Assembly (NCBI GenBank): GCA_965140585.1
Contig: OZ223270.1
Location: forward strand, 480,001-544,000
From: Spirochaetia bacterium
GTDB taxonomy: Bacteria > Spirochaetota > Spirochaetia > UBA9216
Reading direction: 5' to 3'
DNA: 64,000 nt
The notes under the pieces were generated by a model. It saw nothing but the letters and a program-made list of their open reading frames with translations. It was not told the DNA's origin and ran no database searches. Both the position numbers and the translations under genes were made by a program. The first letter of the stretch is position 1. Every line of letters starts with the position of its first letter. This document shows positions 50,734-60,656 of the stretch, one piece after another.

Positions 50734-50886
50734 AATTTATGCAAATCGTACAGTAAAATATGCATATTTTCAATGCAGGAACTTTGTTTACAGCATTTAA
50801 AGATTGGAATAATCTTGAGTAAAATCCCTGCTTAACGGCTTGTCTAACGAAGGCTTTTTGAGTAATGTTGATCGAGTGGTGAATAA

Positions 50887-51354
50887 GTGATGCCTTTGTT
50901 TAATGATGGTTCCGTCGTATGTGATCTTTCGAGTACGGAAAAATATGCAGCTATCCATGAATTGATTACCCGCGCAGACGTTTTCAAAAAAATTGTTAAC
51001 CCGTCACAGTTTGAAGAAATCGTAATTAAACGGGAGAAAAAGCTGTCTACCGGACTTGGACACGGGGTTGCCTTTGCACATGGAAAAACTGAGACTGTCG
51101 ACGGTCTATATGTTGCGCTTGGAATCTCAAAAGACGGAATAGAGTATCAGTCCTTTGACGGAAAGCCTGTTCATCTCCTTTTTGTTGTAGCAAATCCGCC
51201 TGACGGGCATGCAGAATACCTGAAATTAATATCCGCTCTCAGCAAACTCATCAGAGATGATGCATTCAAGGAAAAGGTTCTCGCAATCAGAAATAACGTG
51301 ATGCTTGAAAAGCTATTTAAAACATCACTGGAACAGTTACAGATGAAATGCTGA
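50887..51354 (+). CDS. Stand-alone PTS EIIA (Ntr/Fru type)
   Basis: REKKLSTGLGHGVAFAHGK, DGKPVHLLF. Confidence 0.9.
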   Translation: MMPLFNDGSVVCDLSSTEKYAAIHELITRADVFKKIVNPSQFEEIVIKREKKLSTGLGHGVAFAHGKTETVDGLYVALGISKDGIEYQSFDGKPVHLLFVVANPPDGHAEYLKLISALSKLIRDDAFKEKVLAIRNNVMLEKLFKTSLEQLQMKC

Positions 51355-51365
51355 TAAAAAAGAAA

Positions 51366-51389
51366 CAGCCCGGATGGGGCTTTTTTTTT
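51366..51389 (+). terminator. Rho-independent terminator
   Basis: AGCCC-ggatg-GGGCT followed by a long T run. Confidence 0.7.
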
Positions 51390-51500
51390 GCCATAATACT
51401 TTTTGCGGTTTAGAAATTTATTAGTATAAAAAAAATCCCTGAAAACTGCAGCTTCCAGGGATTGTAAACAATTCAAAACTAATCGAGCTTTTCAATATGC

Positions 51501-52754
51501 TCAGAGTTCGGGATAATCCAGAGTTGCAAAATAATCATCGACAGTTTCAGCTCTTCTGATTTTCTGCACAGAACCGTCTTCTTTAAGCAGAAGTTCTGCA
51601 CTTCTAAGTTTTCCGTTGTAATTGAAGCCCATTGCATAGCCGTGAGCGCCGGTATCATGAATCACCACAATGTCCTCAGGTTCCATGACCGGTAGTTCAC
51701 GGTCAATAGCAAACTTATCGTTGTTTTCACAGAGAGAGCCCGTAACATCGACAACTTCTTTTTCAGCGGAGTTTTCCTTTCCGATTACAGTAATGTGATG
51801 ATAGGCTCCGTAGAGGGCCGGCCTCATAAGGTTGGCCATTGAGGCATCAAGTCCGATGAATTTCTTGTAGGTTTCCTTTCGGTGAAGAACCTTTGTTACA
51901 AGATAGCCGTAAGGGCCTGTAATCATTCTTCCGGATTCCATTACTATCTTGAGGCCGCTGTGGCCGTTTTTAACAATCTTCTGCTCATAGAGAGCCTTGA
52001 TTCCGTCTGAAACCCTCTGTATATCAACAGCATCCTGTTCAGGCTTATAAGGAATTCCGAAACCTCCTCCGAGGTTAACAAAATCAAACTTGATTCCCAG
52101 CTCTGCAGACAGTTCAATAATCAGGTCGAAGAGGATATCAGCAGTTTCAACAAAGTATTCCCAGTTGAGCTCATTTGAAGCAACCATCGTATGAAGTCCG
52201 AAGCTTTTAACACCCTTGTCCTTCATTTTTTTGTATCCTGCAAAAAGCTGTTCTCGCGTAAATCCGTACTTAGCGTCCTCCGGCTTTCCGATAATTACAT
52301 TTCCTTCCTTAAGCGGGCCCGGATTATATCTGAAACAGATTCCTTCCGGGATACCGGCTGTTTTCTCTAGATAATCGATGTGGCTGATATCGTCCAGATT
52401 GATTATTGCATCAAGGTTTTTTGCTTCAATGTATTCATTTGCCGGGGTATCATTCGAAGTAAACATAATTTCATTACCGGTCATTCCGACAGCCTTTGAA
52501 AGCATAAGCTCGGGTAATGATGAACAGTCAGCGCCCATCCCCTCATCTTTAAGTATGTCCATGAGATATGGGTTCGGAGCTGCCTTTACGGCATAGTAAT
52601 TTTTGAATCCGCCGGGAACCCATTCGAAAGCCTTGTACAGGGCTTTGGCATTTGCTCTTATAGCTTTTTCATCATAGATATGAAAGGGTGTGGGATATTC
52701 TTTTGTAATTTCTTCAAGCCGTTCTTTTGAAAACGGCAGTGTTTTGTCACTCAT
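51501..52754 (-). CDS. lysA: Diaminopimelate decarboxylase
   Basis: YAVKA (PLP Lys), NLGGGFG, ESGR, RPALYG, GSLCENND, GAHG. Confidence 0.94.
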   Translation of the reverse strand: MSDKTLPFSKERLEEITKEYPTPFHIYDEKAIRANAKALYKAFEWVPGGFKNYYAVKAAPNPYLMDILKDEGMGADCSSLPELMLSKAVGMTGNEIMFTSNDTPANEYIEAKNLDAIINLDDISHIDYLEKTAGIPEGICFRYNPGPLKEGNVIIGKPEDAKYGFTREQLFAGYKKMKDKGVKSFGLHTMVASNELNWEYFVETADILFDLIIELSAELGIKFDFVNLGGGFGIPYKPEQDAVDIQRVSDGIKALYEQKIVKNGHSGLKIVMESGRMITGPYGYLVTKVLHRKETYKKFIGLDASMANLMRPALYGAYHHITVIGKENSAEKEVVDVTGSLCENNDKFAIDRELPVMEPEDIVVIHDTGAHGYAMGFNYNGKLRSAELLLKEDGSVQKIRRAETVDDYFATLDYPEL

Positions 52755-52770
52755 TCTGACTCCTTGTTAT

Positions 52771-53694
52771 TCAGCAGCTGCAGCAGAGATTGGCTGCAGC
52801 AATATTTTTTTTAAGCGCTAGTCTGCCCAGATCGCCACCGGCGTCTTTTGCAACAATTTCGCATTTTATCCTGAAAAGAAAATATGTCAATGGCAGCGCT
52901 TCACCGAAAAGGGTTTCGTAGTTACCCTGGCCCTTGCTTATAACCAGATCCGCATTATCAAGTGCTGATTTAAACTCGGCTGATGTTTTTGAAAGGACGG
53001 TCCCCGCTGCAGCACATCCGGAATTTATTACTCTGCAGAGTTCTGTTATCCCGCTTGTTTCAGCATCTTCTTCAAGTACATCGTTTAATGCAGGACCGCC
53101 TCTTACAACAAAGGTTATCCTCTTCTCCGGAAATTCCCTAAGTATTTCTTCAATAAACAAACGATCAAATACTATTTCACCGGCATTATCACCAAGATAA
53201 ACAAGGTTTTCAGCTTCTTTCAATGAGGAATAGAAAGAATTGAACTGAAAAATATCATCATCACTGGCCGTTCCATTTTCCAGGTTTTTTAATACCGGTT
53301 TGGAAAGTATTTCATCCAGAGCGTCCTTAATGTTAAGGTTGGCGTTCACTCCGAAATCAATCAGATTACCTGCAATAGCAAGGCTGAGCGCCTCCTGCAG
53401 AGGATGTGCTGATAGATTAATCCTTTTCTTCAAATCGGGAACAAGGCTTAATGCCGCCATATTGCTTTTCCGTTTTATCTCCATATAGGGATCCCGGATT
53501 CCGGAATAGCTGTGAATAATTGAAGTCATTCTTGCGGCCATCTCTACCGGTGTGATCGGCTTAATCGCATCAGGGATTTCTCTAATCAGCTGGTAAAAAC
53601 CTTTTTCAAGAACATCCTCTTCCAGCCCGCTTAGACGGGAAATTTTAAGATACTGGGATAGAAGACATACAGTACAGTCTGGTTTTGCTTTCAT
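52771..53694 (-). CDS. DUF89/ARMT1-family metal-dependent damage-control phosphatase
   Basis: CxxC N-terminus, DPY..K, AIAGNLIDFG, DNAGEIVFD, NDV, SKGQGNYE, KC. Confidence 0.92.
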   Translation of the reverse strand: MKAKPDCTVCLLSQYLKISRLSGLEEDVLEKGFYQLIREIPDAIKPITPVEMAARMTSIIHSYSGIRDPYMEIKRKSNMAALSLVPDLKKRINLSAHPLQEALSLAIAGNLIDFGVNANLNIKDALDEILSKPVLKNLENGTASDDDIFQFNSFYSSLKEAENLVYLGDNAGEIVFDRLFIEEILREFPEKRITFVVRGGPALNDVLEEDAETSGITELCRVINSGCAAAGTVLSKTSAEFKSALDNADLVISKGQGNYETLFGEALPLTYFLFRIKCEIVAKDAGGDLGRLALKKNIAAANLCCSC

Positions 53695-53792
53695 AATAAA
53701 GTGATGTTAGCCTATCCTAACCTAAAATTCAAGAAGGCCTGTACTTATGGGCTAATCTTGCGTTGTTTTTCTTTATAGGTTAATCTTGATAT

Positions 53793-54539
53793 ATGATAAT
53801 AATTCCCGCAATAGATTTAATAGACGGCAAATGTGTAAGACTTTATAAAGGAAATTATGACAGCTCAACTGTCTATAATGAAGATCCTGTAGAAACCGCC
53901 AAAGAATTTGAACAGGCCGGTGCCGTCAGGATTCATATAGTCGATCTGGACGCGGCCAGGGGCGGCTCCAACAATAGAGATATAATAAAAAGAATAAAGA
54001 AGGAAGTTTCCTGCACGGTTGAAACCGGCGGCGGTATAAGAACTGAAGATGATATCAAAGAACTGATTGACTGCGGTATAGATCGGATGATTGCCGGAAC
54101 GGTTTTCGCCAAAACTCCGGAAGTTGTTGCCGGATGGATTGAAACCTACGGTAAGAAGTTCATAGCCGGTATTGATGCTCTTAACGGTGAAGTCCGTGTT
54201 TCCGGCTGGGAGAAGGGTTCAGGTGTTTCGGACACTGAACTGTCCAGAAAGGCCGCCGAAATAGGAATAATCAGTATTATCTACACAAACATCGCTAAGG
54301 ACGGAACCCTCAGCGGACCGGATCTTGAAAACACTATAAGAATAACAAAAGAATCCGGACTGCCCTCAATTCTTTCCGGTGGAATAAGCAGCATTGATGA
54401 TCTGAGGGCTGTAGCGGAGAACAGTGAAGCATCCGGAATCCGCGGAATAATTACAGGAAAGGCTCTTTATGAAGGGCGTCTTGATCTGGTACAGGCTATA
54501 AAAGAATACCAGGATGAAGACTCAGATACAGGATGGTAG
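53793..54539 (+). CDS. hisA: ProFAR isomerase
   Basis: IIPAIDLIDGKCVRL, HIVDLD, GGGIR, DGTLSG, SGG. Confidence 0.96.
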   Translation: MIIIPAIDLIDGKCVRLYKGNYDSSTVYNEDPVETAKEFEQAGAVRIHIVDLDAARGGSNNRDIIKRIKKEVSCTVETGGGIRTEDDIKELIDCGIDRMIAGTVFAKTPEVVAGWIETYGKKFIAGIDALNGEVRVSGWEKGSGVSDTELSRKAAEIGIISIIYTNIAKDGTLSGPDLENTIRITKESGLPSILSGGISSIDDLRAVAENSEASGIRGIITGKALYEGRLDLVQAIKEYQDEDSDTGW

Positions 54540-54545
54540 GAATTA

Positions 54546-55094
54546 ATGGAAGATAAGGTAAAACCATATATTATTTTAAAAACAGGCGGAGGGTTGCTTA
54601 CAGTCCTTCAGACAAATCAAAAGGGCTATAAAAAAAGCATAGAAAATAATCAAATATGGGCTGTTAACCCCGAAACAGAAAGGCTTCTGCCTGAAGATCT
54701 GGGCGGCAGGCCCACGGGATTCCGGGAACGGGACGGCTGGTATGAGGCCGACTACAGTATAGCTGTTTCTGAAGATGCTGCTGATACAGCTTCAGCAATT
54801 GAGGCCGGTCCTGTTGCTGAAGATGATTATTCATTTCTTGCAAGGCTTTTTGCCCTGATAAGTAAGAGAAAGCAGGAACTTCCTGAAGGTTCATATACAA
54901 CGCATCTCTTCACATCCGGTGAAGAAAAAATCAGAAAAAAAACCGGAGAAGAGGCTGTTGAGCTTCTGCTGGCCCGCAGCCGGGAAGATATAATCTATGA
55001 ATCAGCAGATCTCGTATATCACATGATGGTTTTTCTTGCAGAAAAAGGAATTGGTTTTGATGAAATTGTTTCCGAGCTTCAGAGCCGGGAATAG
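54546..55094 (+). CDS. hisE: Phosphoribosyl-ATP pyrophosphatase with degenerate HisI-like N-terminus
   Basis: GSYTTHLF, KKTGEEAVE, ESADLVYH in the C-terminal half. Confidence 0.9.
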   Translation: MEDKVKPYIILKTGGGLLTVLQTNQKGYKKSIENNQIWAVNPETERLLPEDLGGRPTGFRERDGWYEADYSIAVSEDAADTASAIEAGPVAEDDYSFLARLFALISKRKQELPEGSYTTHLFTSGEEKIRKKTGEEAVELLLARSREDIIYESADLVYHMMVFLAEKGIGFDEIVSELQSRE

Positions 55095-55103
55095 GGAGGA
55101 AGG

Positions 55104-55994
55104 ATGAAATTAGGGACGATGGAATGGGATTATAAAAATAATCCGCTTCTGGCTGATGGAGCCTGGGGTACTGAACTTATAAAAAGAGGACTTGAGCAGG
55201 GCAACTGTCCAGAAGAATGGAATGTAATCAGGCCTGATGATGTGAAATCAATAGCGGAAGCATATGCGAAGGCCGGCAGCAACATTGTACTGACCAATAC
55301 ATTCGGCGGAAACCGCATAAAGCTGGAGCACTACGGATTTGCAGATCGTGTCCGGGAATTCAATATTGCCGGTGCGGAACTCTCAAAAGCCGGAGCAGGC
55401 GAGGGCGTCCTGATTGCCGGAGATATCAGTTCAACAGGAAAGATGCTGGTAATGGGAGAGGTTACTTCCGAACAGCTTTATGAGGTTTATGCCGAGCAGA
55501 CCCTTGCTCTTAAAGAAGGCGGAGTAGATCTGATACTCGTTGAAACGATGACTGATATGGATGAAATGGCAATTGCCGTAAAGGCCGCTGCAACCGAGAC
55601 CGGACTTCCGGTAATCTCTTCAATGACTTATGAAAAAATGAAGGACGGTACATACCGTACAATTATGGGAAATACAGCGGAAGCCTGTGTAAGGGCAGCG
55701 GCTGAAGCGGGTGCCGTTATTGCCGGTGCCAATTGCGGCAGCGGAATAAATGAGTATGTGGAACTGGCAAAGACTCTCTGCGAACTCAACATTCTTCCTG
55801 TCTGGATCAAGGCAAACGCCGGTCTGCCTGAGATGACTGAAAACGGTGTTGTTTACCGGATGAATACAGCAGATTTTGCCTCCTATATACCAGAACTATT
55901 GGAAGCCGGTGTTGCGGTTGTCGGCGGATGCTGCGGAACCACTCCGGAGTTCATCAAAGAGGTTAAATCGGTACTGGAGAAACATGCAAAGTAA
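55104..55994 (+). CDS. Stand-alone homocysteine S-methyltransferase domain protein
   Basis: DGAWGTEL, TNTFG, ET, GANCG, ANAGLP, GGCCGT (Zn ligands intact). Confidence 0.92.
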   Translation: MKLGTMEWDYKNNPLLADGAWGTELIKRGLEQGNCPEEWNVIRPDDVKSIAEAYAKAGSNIVLTNTFGGNRIKLEHYGFADRVREFNIAGAELSKAGAGEGVLIAGDISSTGKMLVMGEVTSEQLYEVYAEQTLALKEGGVDLILVETMTDMDEMAIAVKAAATETGLPVISSMTYEKMKDGTYRTIMGNTAEACVRAAAEAGAVIAGANCGSGINEYVELAKTLCELNILPVWIKANAGLPEMTENGVVYRMNTADFASYIPELLEAGVAVVGGCCGTTPEFIKEVKSVLEKHAK

Positions 55995-57861
55995 ATATCT
56001 GGAACGGCTTAAAAACGGAATGGTTCTCTTTGACAGCGCAATGGGGACCGCCCTTTATGAAAAAGGAGTTTTCATTAACCGCTGTTTTGAAGAAATAAAT
56101 GTAACAAACCCGGAAAAGGTTCTGGAAATACATCTGAATAACCTTGAAGCCGGAGCACAGCTTCTTACTGTTAATTCCTTCGGTGCAAACTCTGTAAAAC
56201 TCGGCGGCTATAACATGGCTGAAAGAACCGAGGAGTTTAACAGGGCCGCAGTCGGTATAGCAAAAGAGGCTATTGCTAAAAGCGGGATGGAGGATATCCT
56301 TATCGCCGGTTCTGTCGGCCCTCTGGGAAAGAGGATTGAGCCCTTCGGAAAGATGAAGAGGGAAGAAGCCTCAAAGGTTTTTATGGAGCAGATTTCTTAT
56401 CTTTGCGATGCGGGAGTTGATCTTATCCTGCTTGAAACCTTCAGGGATATGGAAGAGCTGCTGCTGGCCGCAGCTGCTGCCCGTGCTGTTTCTATGGATG
56501 TTGCTGTCGAAGCACATTACAGCATGGGCCCTCCGTCAGGACATACCTCAGGAGGAGTTCTTGAAGACTACTCAACTGTCTATCTGAAGAAAGCTCTTGA
56601 GAAGGCGATAAGGCTTGATAACTGCCCGGATGTTGATGTAATAGGAACAAACTGCGGAGTAGGGCCCGCTGATATGCTTGAGATTCTCAATGCTGTCCGG
56701 ACTCATGTCAAAAAACCCTTTGTTGTCATGCCCAATGCAGGCTTTCCCCGTGATGTGGACGGACGGCAGATTTATCTGGCCGACCCGGACTACTTCTCTG
56801 AATATGCGCTTAAATTCCTTGATGCCGGAGCTGCTGCGGTAGGCGGATGCTGCGGAACAACTCATGAACATATTAGAAAGATGGGAAAGGCCGTCCTGAA
56901 CCTATCATCAGGGCGAAAGGCTTTTGCTTTCCAGCAGGTTGAAGAGTCTGCTCATGCTGAAGAACCCACCCCGCTGGGCGAGCGTTCCAAACTTGGCGCA
57001 AGGCTTGCCGCAGGTGAATGGGTTACTACAATTGAACTGATTCCGCCGATGGGAATTGATCTTACCCGGATAATTGATAGAACAAAGTCGCTGGCATTGC
57101 CGGAGGTTACCTGTGTTAACCTCCCCGACGGACCCCGTGCTTCCTCAAGAATATCTTCAATAATTACTACATTGGAGATTCTCAGAAATACAGATGTCGA
57201 ACCCATTCTGCATTACTGCTGCCGTGATAAAAACCTGATTGCAATGCAGGCGGATCTGCTCGGCTGTGAGTCGGTCGGCATTAAGAACCTTCTTATCGTT
57301 ACCGGGGATCCTCCAAAGGTGGGAAACTACCCGGATGTAACAGGTGTATTTGATGTTGATGCCATCGGGCTTCTGAGTCTTGCCTCACGGCTGAACACCG
57401 GAATAGACCTGGGCGGAACTCCGCTTGGCGGTAAGACTTCCTTTGTGAAGGGCGCGGGTGTAAACCCTGCTTCTGTTGCTCTGGATGTTGAGATTGAGCG
57501 TGCGTTCAGGAAAGCCGAAGCCGGTGCCGAGTATTTTATTACCCAGCCGGTTTTTGAAACTGATTTGATTCTGAATTTCATTGATTCGGTAAAGGATACC
57601 GGAGTTCCGGTAATCGTCGGAGTATGGCCGCTTGCGTCATACCGAAATGCACTCTTCCTGAATAACGAGGTTCCGGGAGTAAGCATTCCGGAACCAATCA
57701 TGAAACGAATGGAAGAACGTCCTGATAAGGAAACGGCAAGAGCCGAGGGTGTAAAGATTGCAAGAGAAATTGTTGATGCAGTTCGTGCCTCCTCTGCCGG
57801 AATTCAGGTAAGTCCTCCCTTTGGAAATATACAGACTGCTCTAGATGTAATCAGAGATTAA
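55984..57861 (+). CDS. Bifunctional homocysteine S-methyltransferase / methylenetetrahydrofolate reductase (YitJ-like)
   Basis: DSAMGT, GTNCG, PNAGFP, GGCCGT, then MTHFR motifs CRDKN, TGDPP, FITQPVF; ATG 55984 behind GGAG. Confidence 0.93.
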   Translation: MQSKYLERLKNGMVLFDSAMGTALYEKGVFINRCFEEINVTNPEKVLEIHLNNLEAGAQLLTVNSFGANSVKLGGYNMAERTEEFNRAAVGIAKEAIAKSGMEDILIAGSVGPLGKRIEPFGKMKREEASKVFMEQISYLCDAGVDLILLETFRDMEELLLAAAAARAVSMDVAVEAHYSMGPPSGHTSGGVLEDYSTVYLKKALEKAIRLDNCPDVDVIGTNCGVGPADMLEILNAVRTHVKKPFVVMPNAGFPRDVDGRQIYLADPDYFSEYALKFLDAGAAAVGGCCGTTHEHIRKMGKAVLNLSSGRKAFAFQQVEESAHAEEPTPLGERSKLGARLAAGEWVTTIELIPPMGIDLTRIIDRTKSLALPEVTCVNLPDGPRASSRISSIITTLEILRNTDVEPILHYCCRDKNLIAMQADLLGCESVGIKNLLIVTGDPPKVGNYPDVTGVFDVDAIGLLSLASRLNTGIDLGGTPLGGKTSFVKGAGVNPASVALDVEIERAFRKAEAGAEYFITQPVFETDLILNFIDSVKDTGVPVIVGVWPLASYRNALFLNNEVPGVSIPEPIMKRMEERPDKETARAEGVKIAREIVDAVRASSAGIQVSPPFGNIQTALDVIRD

Positions 57862-57877
57862 AGAATAGGAGTTGTGT

Positions 57878-58330
57878 ATGAAAACAAAGCAGAATATCAG
57901 CCTGCAGGAAATCACGGAAGATACTTTATCGGATATTCTTTCACTTGAAGTAAATGAAGCCCAGCAGCATCTGATCACAAGTAATGCTAAATCCATTGCC
58001 CAGGCCCACTTTTCCAGGTATTCCTGGATGAGAGCAGTCTATGCCGGTGAAGTAGCGGTCGGTTTTATCCTGCTCTATCTTGAACCTAATAAGCCCAGAT
58101 ATGAAATCTGGAGGTTTATGATAGACAAGGATTACCAGGGCCTTGGTTACGGACAGATTGCAATGGAGCTGGTTATTGAGTTTGTGAAGGATTTACCAGG
58201 CTGTACCGAAATCAATCTCTGCTATGTTCCTGAAAAGGGCAACTCTTCCGGCTTTTTTAAGAAGCTCGGCTTTGTTGATTCCGGAGAATTTCACGGAAAT
58301 GAAAAAGAAATGAAACTGGAACTTCTTTGA
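57878..58330 (+). CDS. GNAT acetyltransferase (BltD/polyamine-like)
   Basis: IWRFMID..YQGLGYG, FFKKLGF. Confidence 0.88.
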   Translation: MKTKQNISLQEITEDTLSDILSLEVNEAQQHLITSNAKSIAQAHFSRYSWMRAVYAGEVAVGFILLYLEPNKPRYEIWRFMIDKDYQGLGYGQIAMELVIEFVKDLPGCTEINLCYVPEKGNSSGFFKKLGFVDSGEFHGNEKEMKLELL

Positions 58331-58809
58331 AAAAGCTCGTTCTTATCCGTCATGCCTCCGCTGTGGATTACAGCACTGACGGTGATTTCGGGCGAATCCT
58401 TAAAAAGAAGGGAATAAGGCAGGCTGAAAAGCTTGCCCTGTACTTTTCGGAAAATAATATCTGCTGCGACCTCTTTGTTTCCAGTAATGCTGCCAGAGCA
58501 AGGGAAACTGCAGAAATTGTTTTTAATTCAATAGCCCGGGGCTGCGGTCTGCAGACCATGCATCTTTCCGAAGCGCTTTACCTGCCTTCCGCCGGTCAGC
58601 TTTTCGATTTTATTAATGAACTGGATGGCGACCCGGACAGTATTTTTCTTTGTTCACACAATAACGGAATAAGTGATTTCGCGCAGATTACCTGCTCAAA
58701 AGCGGGCATTATGATGCTGACAGGATCTGCTGTTATAATAGAATGTGACATTGAAAACTGGCAGAAGCTTGAACCTGGAAAGGGGCGTCTGCTGGAATTT
58801 ATCTCCTGA
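58327..58809 (+). CDS. SixA-like histidine phosphatase
   Basis: LVLIRHA, SS.A.RA.ETA, SHN; TTGA overlap with the upstream gene. Confidence 0.88.
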   Translation: MKKLVLIRHASAVDYSTDGDFGRILKKKGIRQAEKLALYFSENNICCDLFVSSNAARARETAEIVFNSIARGCGLQTMHLSEALYLPSAGQLFDFINELDGDPDSIFLCSHNNGISDFAQITCSKAGIMMLTGSAVIIECDIENWQKLEPGKGRLLEFIS

Positions 58810-58878
58810 ATTAATAAAATCAGCTCTGCATTGCGTTAGCAATGCAAAAATAGAACTTTAAAAAACATATTGCGCTGT

Positions 58879-59787
58879 TTAAAGCTCTATTACATTACCT
58901 TCCCTGGCCAGATCTATTTTCATGCTGTAGTTTTGATATTTCTTCCGGTATAAATCAAGCAGCCCTTCAAGGTTTTCATCGTCCCTCTCCATAGCATGAT
59001 GGAATAGAAACAGTTTCTTTACATCATTATCACCGGCATTTTTAATCGTCCATTCAAAAGAGGAGTGTCCCCAGCCTTTAAAGTTCTTTATCAGTTCATC
59101 CTGGGTGTACTGGCTGTCGTGTACAAGAACATCTGAGCCGGCATAGAAGTCGCACAATTCCTGGTTGGCCTCATCTGCAGCAAGCCGACCTTCTTCAGCA
59201 GCCATCTCATCATAGGACGGGTCTTCCGGATCTTCTGGAAAAAGATTGAAAAAAGGCTCGGTGTCATATGCTGTCGTAAAGGATTTTCCTTCATATTCGA
59301 AGCGGTAGCCAAGGGTAAGTATAGGATGATTGAGGTAATGAGTTTTTAATATCAGACCGTCGCCGAGGTCTATAACACCCTGCTGCAGATGGTGATATTT
59401 GATTGTTGCGCTCAACTCGGAGTGTTTAACCGGAAAATACCTGTATGAGAACTGATCAGAAATAATCTTCTCAAGGCCTTCCTCCTCATAAGTTACAGGT
59501 CCGTATATATCAATATTAATGCCTTTAATGTAAATAGGAGTGAAGTAGGGCAGGCCCATTATATGATCTGAATGTGTATGTGTAAGAAAAATGCGAATGT
59601 TCTTTGGACAGCCGTTTTTCATCAGCTGATTTCCAAGAAGGCGAATTCCTGAGCCGGCATCGATGATTATCAGTTCATCCCTGTCTCCGTATCTGAATTC
59701 TATACAGGCGGTGTTCCCCCCGATTCTAACTGTCCCGGGTCCCGGGCAGGGTGTGGAGCCTCTTACTCCCCAGAAACGGATTTTCAT
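58879..59787 (-). CDS. Metallo-beta-lactamase-fold hydrolase (RNase Z/phosphodiesterase-like)
   Basis: FWGVRGSTP, DAGSG, THTHSDH, NHP, YDTE, WGHS, LFHH. Confidence 0.9.
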   Translation of the reverse strand: MKIRFWGVRGSTPCPGPGTVRIGGNTACIEFRYGDRDELIIIDAGSGIRLLGNQLMKNGCPKNIRIFLTHTHSDHIMGLPYFTPIYIKGINIDIYGPVTYEEEGLEKIISDQFSYRYFPVKHSELSATIKYHHLQQGVIDLGDGLILKTHYLNHPILTLGYRFEYEGKSFTTAYDTEPFFNLFPEDPEDPSYDEMAAEEGRLAADEANQELCDFYAGSDVLVHDSQYTQDELIKNFKGWGHSSFEWTIKNAGDNDVKKLFLFHHAMERDDENLEGLLDLYRKKYQNYSMKIDLAREGNVIEL

Positions 59788-59801
59788 CTAAAACCTCCGG
59801 A

Positions 59802-60656
59802 TTATTGGGAGAGCTTAAGGAAAACTCTCGCCTTATCAATTTCCGCCTTTATTTCATCCTGAAGCGGTTCAATCTCATCAAACTGTATGCCCAGCTGATT
59901 ATATATTTCGGGTGCCGGTTCTACAGGGTGCCGGTTACCGGCGAATCCGCGTTCGAAATACAGAGAGGCAAAATCGGCGATAGATACAGCGTATACTACC
60001 TTTTTATGTTCACCATCATATTCACTGGAATTATGATGATATCTGGTTGCGTCCGCTATTCCGCCTTCAATTTTCCATGCGGATGAAATCATCTCGCCGG
60101 TTTCCTGATGGTCAAAGCCGAAAAGACTCATCTCAATCATGTGAAGTGAGGTTTTTTCCATATCTGATTTTGAAATGGCAGCGAGGTATTCATCAGGAAA
60201 ACATCGGGTGATTGGTATCTTTCCTATATCATGCAGAAGTCCTGCAATGAAGTATTCTTCGAGGGTCTTCGGATCTGCTTTAATCTTTTTTGCTATCAGC
60301 TTGGAAATAACACCGGTACAGAGTGAATGCTCCCAAAAACCGTCCATATCAATAGGACCCTGAGGACCTTTTGATGACATGTTTGCAAGTATTGCTGTAC
60401 TCAATGCAAGATTTTTAACCGTGTTAAGACCCAGCAGGATGATTGCTCTTACAAGGGAGTTGATCTTGTTCGGCCGGCTGTAATAGGCTGAATTAATCAG
60501 CTGCATTACTTTGCCCATAAGAACCGGATCCATGCTGATTATTTTATTCAGATCCGCAGGTGATGCTTTGGGATCATTGCAGACTTCCATTACCCTGGTT
60601 ACTGTTGCCGGGAGGCTCGGCATTTTATTTATATAATTGGTAATTTTATTCTTCAT
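59802..60656 (-). CDS. HDOD-domain protein
   Basis: MPSLP, DPVL, INSAYY, AIILLG, FWEHS, AGLLHDIGK, FGFDH, RYHH; start placed behind GGGAG. Confidence 0.92.
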   Translation of the reverse strand: MKNKITNYINKMPSLPATVTRVMEVCNDPKASPADLNKIISMDPVLMGKVMQLINSAYYSRPNKINSLVRAIILLGLNTVKNLALSTAILANMSSKGPQGPIDMDGFWEHSLCTGVISKLIAKKIKADPKTLEEYFIAGLLHDIGKIPITRCFPDEYLAAISKSDMEKTSLHMIEMSLFGFDHQETGEMISSAWKIEGGIADATRYHHNSSEYDGEHKKVVYAVSIADFASLYFERGFAGNRHPVEPAPEIYNQLGIQFDEIEPLQDEIKAEIDKARVFLKLSQ

